Shown in pieces: positions 58,107 to 64,000 of a stretch of 64,000 nt of DNA (position 1 is the first letter of the stretch; each line of letters opens with the position of its first letter). The stretch covers positions 31,000-94,999 of the forward strand of contig JACQHJ010000002.1 in assembly GCA_016199085.1 (NCBI GenBank), given 5' to 3'. The notes beneath the pieces are model-generated. The model was not told the DNA's origin. It searched no databases and was given only the letters and a program-made list of their open reading frames with translations. The position numbers and the translations under genes are program-made. Origin of the DNA: Candidatus Levyibacteriota bacterium (lineage in GTDB: Bacteria; Patescibacteriota; Microgenomatia; Levybacterales; UBA12049).

Positions 58107-59012
58107 CTAATTTAACAGTTTATGCAAGGGGTGATAATGGATTCTTCCTTGGGCAATAAAGATTCCTACAAAGACCAAAAAGGCGCCAATTAAATAGGGG
58201 ACAGTAATGTGTTCATGTAAGAGGTAATAGGCAACGACTATTGTCGCAACAGGATCAATATAACTAAAAATTCCAATTTCCGATGCCTTTATATATTTAA
58301 TTCCGAAAGTGAAAAGAGAATGGGCGATAACGGTCGCAACAACAACGGAAAACAGTAGTCCTAAAATAATCTCGTTGTTTAATTTGCTTATCCACTGCGT
58401 TTGATTTAGGTCTGTCATAAAAAAGGGAATCATAGGTAAAGAACCAATTATGAAAGACCAGAAGGCAATGCTCATCGGGTTATATTTGGGAAGAATCTTC
58501 TTAAGTAAAAGTGCATGGATTACTGAAAAAAATGTTGCAAAAACCAAAAACAAATTGCCTGTAATTGAACCGTCTAAGCCCTCTTTTAAGACAGGTAGTA
58601 AGACAATTGTCATTACACCAAGAAAGCTGACCAATGTTCCCAGGACTACTTTTGTCTTTAGTTTTTCTTTAAGGTAGAAAAAACCTCCGATAATAAGAAA
58701 AATTGGACTTGCAGAAAGAATAATTGGTGCGTTAATACTAGAAGAAAGTTTTAACCCGAAATTTAAAAATGAAATTGTCAAGGTTATTCCAAGTATTGAA
58801 AGTAAAATCAAAGTTACCCCGTCTCTTAACTTAACCTTTAAATCCTTATAGACAAAGGGGAACAAAATTAAAGCGCCCAATAAAAACCGAAGTAGTACAA
58901 AGGTAAAGGGAGGAATAACTTCAAGAGTCAGCTTATAGATAGGAAACGCCGCTCCCCAAATAATATTGGCAAGAATTAAAAAAATAATTGCAAGTTTTGC
59001 TTTAGAGTTCAT
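58107..59012 (-). CDS. EamA-like transporter (DMT superfamily)
   Basis: 10 predicted TM helices in two repeated EamA halves, 301 aa. Confidence 0.65.
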   Translation of the reverse strand: MNSKAKLAIIFLILANIIWGAAFPIYKLTLEVIPPFTFVLLRFLLGALILFPFVYKDLKVKLRDGVTLILLSILGITLTISFLNFGLKLSSSINAPIILSASPIFLIIGGFFYLKEKLKTKVVLGTLVSFLGVMTIVLLPVLKEGLDGSITGNLFLVFATFFSVIHALLLKKILPKYNPMSIAFWSFIIGSLPMIPFFMTDLNQTQWISKLNNEIILGLLFSVVVATVIAHSLFTFGIKYIKASEIGIFSYIDPVATIVVAYYLLHEHITVPYLIGAFLVFVGIFIAQGRIHYHPLHKLLN

Positions 59013-60228
59013 CGGGCAGACTGCCTAAAGTAACCGACTTTTGTTCTCCTGACTGCATGTTTTTTAAAATAAAGTCATCTTCGTTTACGATTAGAACAAA
59101 AGGAATTTGTTTTTTATCAGCATATTTTAACTGTTTTTCTAAAGTTGCATCTTCAAGAAAAATTTGTGTATTTAATCCTTTAGTTCTTAACTGATTTGCC
59201 GCCTCTAATGCTTTTTCTTCCAAATCAGAGGTTGAGAAGGCAATAAGAATGTTTTTGGAATTTAAATCTTTGGGAAATAAATCCAGAGTTTCCATTGCCT
59301 CCATTAGCCTATCAAATCCGAAAGCAAAACCAACGGCCGGAACATCAGATCCTTTAAATATACCTATTAAATTATCATATCTTCCGCCTCCCGCAATGGA
59401 ACCTACGTCATATCCGTCAATTTCCACTTCAAATATTACACCAGTATAGTAATCAAGACCTCTTGCAAGAGTAGGCAAGAATTCTACTAACTTTTCATCA
59501 ATCCCCATTTTGGAAAGAGCTGATAATATCTCTTGAATTTTAGGAGTTGGTTTTTGAGACTCAAGAGCTTCGATTAATGCTAATGCCTTTTGGTTATCTA
59601 CCCCATTATCTACAAGTTCTTCAATGACTTTTTCTTTGCCGATTTTTTTAAGTTTATCTATCGTTCTTACAACAACTGGAATATCTTTATCTGTAATTCC
59701 GCGATCAGACAGATTTTCAAAAACTTTTCTGTCATTAACTAAGACCTTGAAATTTTTAAAACCTAACTTTTCAAGACTTTTGGCAAGTACAGCAATGACT
59801 TCGGCGTCTGAAAGGGGAGAGTATACACCAACGATGTCAATATCAACCTGCAAAAATTCCCTATATCTTCCTTTTTGTGTATTTTCAGCCCTATATACAT
59901 TTTGCATCTGATACCTTTTAAAGGGGAGGGGAAGGGCGTTTTGGTATTGGGCTACCACTCTTGCCAAAGGAACTGTTTGGTCGTATTTTAAGGCTACCTT
60001 TCTTCCTCCGTTATCCGTAAACTTATACATTAATTTATCTCCTTCAGCCCCGTATTTGCCGGTTAATATTTCTTCGTATTCCAAGGCAGGGGTTTCCAAA
60101 GGCTCAAAGCCATAGGAGATAAACACTTTTCTCAAAGTGTCTAAAACAAACTGCCTCTTTAAGGAAGAAGTAGGCAGAAAATCACGAAAACCTTTTAATG
60201 TTTGAACGTTTACCATATTTTTAATCAT
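59002..60228 (-). CDS. hisS: Histidyl-tRNA synthetase
   Basis: QTLKGFRDFLP, LETPALEYEEIL, KLMYKFTDNGGRKVALKYDQTVPLAR, class II motifs; alternative start Met5 (60216). Confidence 0.85.
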   Translation of the reverse strand: MIKNMVNVQTLKGFRDFLPTSSLKRQFVLDTLRKVFISYGFEPLETPALEYEEILTGKYGAEGDKLMYKFTDNGGRKVALKYDQTVPLARVVAQYQNALPLPFKRYQMQNVYRAENTQKGRYREFLQVDIDIVGVYSPLSDAEVIAVLAKSLEKLGFKNFKVLVNDRKVFENLSDRGITDKDIPVVVRTIDKLKKIGKEKVIEELVDNGVDNQKALALIEALESQKPTPKIQEILSALSKMGIDEKLVEFLPTLARGLDYYTGVIFEVEIDGYDVGSIAGGGRYDNLIGIFKGSDVPAVGFAFGFDRLMEAMETLDLFPKDLNSKNILIAFSTSDLEEKALEAANQLRTKGLNTQIFLEDATLEKQLKYADKKQIPFVLIVNEDDFILKNMQSGEQKSVTLGSLPDEL

Positions 60229-61013
60229 AACATTTTAGACAATATTATTGAAGCATCAAGTGCGGTTTGAATGGTCCTATCTACACTTAACTTTGCTTCA
60301 TTGGTATAGATCTTTGATTTTGGAACATCAAAACGGAGCTTATTCAATATCATGTCCTTGAGTGGCTCTGGATTCGCATTTACCGCCAAAACAGCACCTG
60401 TTTTTATTCCTCTAAGTGTGCCGATTAAGAATAATGGCGCACATTCCATCTCAGAGCTTATTAATGGAAAATACCATTCTCTCATTCGTTTATTTAAATA
60501 TATCTCTCCCCATTTTTTAAGATTTTGTGATTTTCCGTAAAAAGCGTCATGTGTTCTATTTATTCCTACGAAATAATTATACTTCAAATTCAAAGCAGCA
60601 ACTTTTAGTGCCTGAACAACATCCACATCAGCAACTGCTGGGAACTCAGCTGGCATATATTCCCTAGTTGTTCCTTCTTCACGAATACTTGCCGTAGGGA
60701 TTATAATCGATCCTACTTTAATCTCTTTTTTTAAAGATCCTCCACAAGTGCCTACTCTTATTATAATATTTGCACCCAAATTTATTGCTTCCTCGACAGC
60801 GATTGACGTAGATGGACTTCCAATTCCTGTAGATGTAACAGCAATTTTGACCCCTTTGTAAAATCCGACATATGTAATAAATTCTCTATAGCTTGATAAT
60901 TTTTTACTATATGATAAAAATTTTTTAGCAATATATTCAGCTCTTGCTGGGTCTCCAGGCATTAAGACAATTCTTGAATACTGACTTTTTGTGCATTTAA
61001 TATGATTTTGCAT
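60225..61013 (-). CDS. Purine/uridine nucleoside phosphorylase (PNP_UDP_1 family)
   Basis: VLMPGDPARAEYIA, VTSTGIGSPS, RVGTCGG, EMECAPL motifs. Confidence 0.7.
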   Translation of the reverse strand: MQNHIKCTKSQYSRIVLMPGDPARAEYIAKKFLSYSKKLSSYREFITYVGFYKGVKIAVTSTGIGSPSTSIAVEEAINLGANIIIRVGTCGGSLKKEIKVGSIIIPTASIREEGTTREYMPAEFPAVADVDVVQALKVAALNLKYNYFVGINRTHDAFYGKSQNLKKWGEIYLNKRMREWYFPLISSEMECAPLFLIGTLRGIKTGAVLAVNANPEPLKDMILNKLRFDVPKSKIYTNEAKLSVDRTIQTALDASIILSKML

Positions 61014-61867
61014 TAAATTTCACCTCTCAATTCTTGCAAGGTTGCATTAAATAAATTTGCATCTTTTATATATTTTTGTAGAAAGTTATTTTTAATGGCT
61101 TCATATTTTCTCGTAGATCTCACGAAGCATGAAAGGCTATTTATGGGGGGTTGCCTAACATAATTTCCTCGTACAACACTAGAGGCGAAAACGAAATCAA
61201 CATCCTCAATTCCAGAAAGAAAACTATTTCTTGGTTCCACCATAATCCAAGTAGCAACCTTGCATTTAATTCCAGGATATCTACGTTTTAATTCCTTAGC
61301 TATTGTAGATGCAGTTTGTCCTGTTGCAACAACATCATCATAAATAATTGCTTCTTCCATTTGTGTAGGAAGAGTAGGGTAGTCAACGCTTAGATAAAAA
61401 GAACCTGGTCCTCGCATGATTCTTTGCGTTTGCAAAAAATACGTATTCTCATTTGATTGCATTCCTGAGATTTTAAACATTGCTCGCGCTCCTTCTCCGG
61501 GGAAAATTCTAGTTGTGTTGATTGTTGGTCGCTGCGAGTTTGTTAATAAATCTCCTAGATTGTTTGCTAGGGTAAATCCATCTACTACTTGAAGAGTAAT
61601 ACCAGAGGATGAGTTTAATAGTTTTGCTTTTTGGGTCAATTTTTCCAAAGGGCTTATGTCTTGAATAATTACGGCTCCATCAGCAATGCATGCTTGAGAA
61701 AAGGTGAGCGCAGGAAATCTAGCTCTAAGTTGTTCTGCCAAACCTGAGCTTGTACCAAGATCAGATAAATCTGGTCTTATTGTGGTAAAAGGAGTTTCTG
61801 ATGAATCAAAAATTACACCCCTTTTTCTATTAATTTGCAAATATTTTGTAGAATATTCTTTTTTCAT
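61013..61867 (-). CDS. Phosphoribosyltransferase-domain protein
   Basis: PRPP-binding loop IIYDDVVATGQTAS; N-terminal region unassigned. Confidence 0.45.
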   Translation of the reverse strand: MKKEYSTKYLQINRKRGVIFDSSETPFTTIRPDLSDLGTSSGLAEQLRARFPALTFSQACIADGAVIIQDISPLEKLTQKAKLLNSSSGITLQVVDGFTLANNLGDLLTNSQRPTINTTRIFPGEGARAMFKISGMQSNENTYFLQTQRIMRGPGSFYLSVDYPTLPTQMEEAIIYDDVVATGQTASTIAKELKRRYPGIKCKVATWIMVEPRNSFLSGIEDVDFVFASSVVRGNYVRQPPINSLSCFVRSTRKYEAIKNNFLQKYIKDANLFNATLQELRGEI

Positions 61868-61878
61868 ATTTTTCCACT

Positions 61879-61898
61879 AAAAAACCGCCTTTAGGCGG
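61879..61898 (-). terminator. Rho-independent terminator/attenuator hairpin (CCGCC-TAAA-GGCGG followed by T6 on the minus strand)
   Basis: GC stem 5 bp, 4-nt loop, U-run; lies downstream of the AI-2E transporter gene and only about 12 nt upstream of the PRTase start. Confidence 0.45.
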
Positions 61899-62027
61899 CT
61901 ATGATTTATTAAAACTAGTTTTTAAGCTCAACAATCACATCCGCCACCAAGACGGAAATGATGATTTAACGATATTAAGCTAATTTCCATAAAAGGAATT
62001 TTCTCATAAACTTATTTAATTGTCAAA

Positions 62028-63053
62028 TTACTTATTTTCAGAAGCTTCTTGGGGATTAATAAAATAGATTCCAAGCTGTTTTATTACAATAACGGCAATT
62101 GCCAAAAGAGGAACTACAAATACAGCTCCTATTGCGCCTGCAATTTTAAATCCAATTATGATTGAAAGAAAAACAATAATAGGATGAAGCTTAAATGCAT
62201 TTCCCATAAGTTTGGGACCTAGTACGTTAAAAGCAACCTGTTGAATACCGACCAGTATGGCAAAGACCAAAACTGCTTCCAAAGGAGCATCGGGTCTTGT
62301 CACAAGTACAACAAAAGCAGGCGGAATTGCTCCTAAGAATTGTCCCAAAACAGGAATAACGGTTAGGATTCCAGCTATTAAAGAAGCTGAGGCAGCAAAG
62401 TTTACTCCCCAGGCTGTCATTACGATCCAGGTAGAAATTGCCGCAATTATTCCAAATATTATCTGAATTCTAAAAAATGAAGAAAAAGTTGTATCAATAA
62501 CGACTTGGATAAACTTGAAATGCTTTCTAAAAGACATCGGCAAAAGACTATAGATCTCGTTATTTATTCTTTCTTTGTCTACTATTAAATAAAAAGAAAG
62601 AATTAACATTAAAATTGTGTCAATTACTATTGTTGCCAAAGAGGGCAGTAAAGTAATTAGAATATCCAAAGACCTTGCGATTGAATTATTCCAAGCTTGG
62701 GCAAAGGCAGGATAGGTAGATAGGAATTTGGGAACAACTTTTGAAAGAGACTGCAATTGTTCTATGACTATTGGGATAAAAAGAAAAATTCCGACTGCAA
62801 ACAAAATCGCAAAGAACAAATAGATAATTAAAGCTGAAAACAATTTGGAAAGTTTGGTAACTTTGGACACAAAATTGACAAGAGGTTCCAAGACAAAACT
62901 TAAAAGCCAGGCTAGGACAAGCATGACTAAAATATCTGAGAAATTCGAAAGCACCTGCCAGAAGATTTGGAATAGATAGATAGAAACCGCTATGATCGAA
63001 AGAATAACGAGGATTCTAAAAGAAGTATATTGGTTTTTGAAATTCTCAATCAC
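62028..63053 (-). CDS. AI-2E family transporter (UPF0118/PerM-like)
   Basis: 341 aa, 7-8 TM helices with the typical long first TM pair and C-terminal GAIGAVFVVPLLA region. Confidence 0.5.
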   Translation of the reverse strand: MIENFKNQYTSFRILVILSIIAVSIYLFQIFWQVLSNFSDILVMLVLAWLLSFVLEPLVNFVSKVTKLSKLFSALIIYLFFAILFAVGIFLFIPIVIEQLQSLSKVVPKFLSTYPAFAQAWNNSIARSLDILITLLPSLATIVIDTILMLILSFYLIVDKERINNEIYSLLPMSFRKHFKFIQVVIDTTFSSFFRIQIIFGIIAAISTWIVMTAWGVNFAASASLIAGILTVIPVLGQFLGAIPPAFVVLVTRPDAPLEAVLVFAILVGIQQVAFNVLGPKLMGNAFKLHPIIVFLSIIIGFKIAGAIGAVFVVPLLAIAVIVIKQLGIYFINPQEASENK

Positions 63054-63068
63054 AAATTTATTATAGAA

Positions 63069-63824
63069 CTATTTTGTAATTGGAACAAGCTTTCTTCCGC
63101 TGCCTGTTGAAGGAACAACTGTAGGCTGATTAGGGTTTAGGTTGATTTTGCTGTTTGCACTAATTTCGGGAAAGATTATTATTCTTGAAGCCAAAATCTT
63201 TGTTTTGTCATTTTTTTGGAAAAAGCCTACTACAATAATCGGCTGAGTCTCTTTAATTTTAGAAAACCCTGATTTAGTCAGTTCTCCGTTGGTAAAAGAG
63301 TAGGTTTTGGTAATACTTTCAACATCAATACTGTTTTTTGCACCGTTTTCTTTGGCAACAGTAATAATAAAGTTTTCGGCATCAATTGAGTAAACTGCTC
63401 CGTAGATAAAGTTGGGGAGCTGGCTTTCTTCTTCGACGACTCTTGCCTGAAGCCTTTGAGACTGTTTATTATAAAGTCCTACCACTCCTAAATACATTCC
63501 TTTTTCAATGTCTGAAATTCCAAACGAATCATTTTCCTCTGAAGAAAACTTTGTTAATTCGTCTACGTCAATAAATCTCGTATTTCCGCTTGTTGTTTTT
63601 AGGGTAATTTGAGTATCTGATGCATCTGCTACTTCTCCATAAACTCCACGTTTTTCAACAAGATTTAATTGCGCAACCTTTGAAGCAATTTTGCTTTTTA
63701 ACTGGTCAATCTGGTCGGATAGATCAATGGGAGTTGGAGTTTTTGTCGGGCTTTGCGCAAAAGAGCCAGCCGCTAAAAACTGTATTAAAAAAATTGATGA
63801 AATGATAAGTAATATTTTTCTCAT
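63069..63824 (-). CDS. Secreted hypothetical protein (signal peptide)
   Basis: MRKILLIISSIFLIQFLAAGSFAQS signal peptide; no other motif. Confidence 0.45.
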   Translation of the reverse strand: MRKILLIISSIFLIQFLAAGSFAQSPTKTPTPIDLSDQIDQLKSKIASKVAQLNLVEKRGVYGEVADASDTQITLKTTSGNTRFIDVDELTKFSSEENDSFGISDIEKGMYLGVVGLYNKQSQRLQARVVEEESQLPNFIYGAVYSIDAENFIITVAKENGAKNSIDVESITKTYSFTNGELTKSGFSKIKETQPIIVVGFFQKNDKTKILASRIIIFPEISANSKINLNPNQPTVVPSTGSGRKLVPITK

Positions 63825-63838
63825 AAATTAAAAATCCT

Positions 63839-64000
63839 CTGTTGTATAAGAAACGACTCTTTCCTCTGTTAGTATTTCTCCGTTTGGCAAAATTGCCTGA
63901 ATTTTAATATAGTTTGGACCGTCGTCAATTGTAATAGTCGTTGTAAAATCTCCCTGCAAAGATGGTTTGACAACCTCCTGTCCCCCTACGGTTAAGATTA
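63839..64000 (-). CDS. Partial CDS (C-terminal 53 codons; N-terminus beyond window end)
   Basis: Open minus-strand frame ...ILTVGGQEVVKPSLQGDFTTTITIDDGPNYIKIQAILPNGEILTEERVVSYTTEDF-stop; coordinates approximate. Confidence 0.3.

Noticed and set aside
1-64000. CRISPR arrays, rRNA or tRNA genes
   Set aside because: No direct-repeat/spacer periodicity seen in any intergenic region. The T-loop-like strings found (e.g. GATTCGAAAT near 445, GATTCAAATCC near 26870) lie inside well-supported CDSs and lack cloverleaf context. A tRNA could still be missed without a proper scan.

Overview
This 64-kb window is a low-GC bacterial chromosome segment, densely packed with mostly short, conserved housekeeping genes. 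The recognisable genes are: tsf-frr; rseP; a pgl-zwf-gnd oxidative pentose-phosphate cluster; proS; ddl; rpsU-ybeY; dnaX-ybaB-prs-recR; cysS; split transketolase; ychF; rpsF-ssb-rpsR; ctpA; htrA; murB; a Kef-type antiporter; prfA; rpmE; hisS; and a PNP/UDP phosphorylase. Several proteins are unusually short (EF-Ts 150 aa, 6PGDH about 300 aa, DnaX 457 aa, RF1 300 aa) and transketolase is split. I infer a reduced-genome lineage, possibly Patescibacteria/CPR-like, but this is inference only. The genetic code is standard, since UGA terminates zwf. I saw no rRNA, tRNA, CRISPR array, transposase or integrase by eye.

Accessory content: an ECF sigma/anti-sigma pair; a four-PAS histidine kinase with a receiver-only partner; an envelope-remodelling cluster (two secreted alpha/beta-hydrolase paralogs, a C39-like peptidase with TPR repeats, an L,D-transpeptidase, an EEP nuclease/phosphatase); a Cas4-like PD-(D/E)XK nuclease with no CRISPR context; and a small island with a MazG-like NTP pyrophosphatase, a YfbR-like HD 5'-deoxynucleotidase and a Phd/RelE toxin-antitoxin pair.

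The most striking feature is a set of about 20 ORFs whose amino-acid composition differs sharply from the Lys/Ile-rich host proteins. They are rich in R/Q/E/D/T/P/A and poor in K/I/N, and their local GC is higher. They sit singly or in small groups between core operons, often convergent and within 0-15 nt of a neighbour or overlapping its stop. Most have no recognisable fold. Four have recognisable catalytic motifs:
- a VanX-type D-Ala-D-Ala dipeptidase homolog immediately downstream of ddl on the same strand;
- a FabF/FabB-like ketosynthase;
- a YfiH/PgeF (DUF152) homolog;
- a GNAT-like protein.

A perfect TTGACA-16-TATAAT promoter drives an apparently leaderless 67-aa ORF of the same atypical composition at 57.9 kb. 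A GC-rich, possibly structured intergenic segment lies downstream of cysS.
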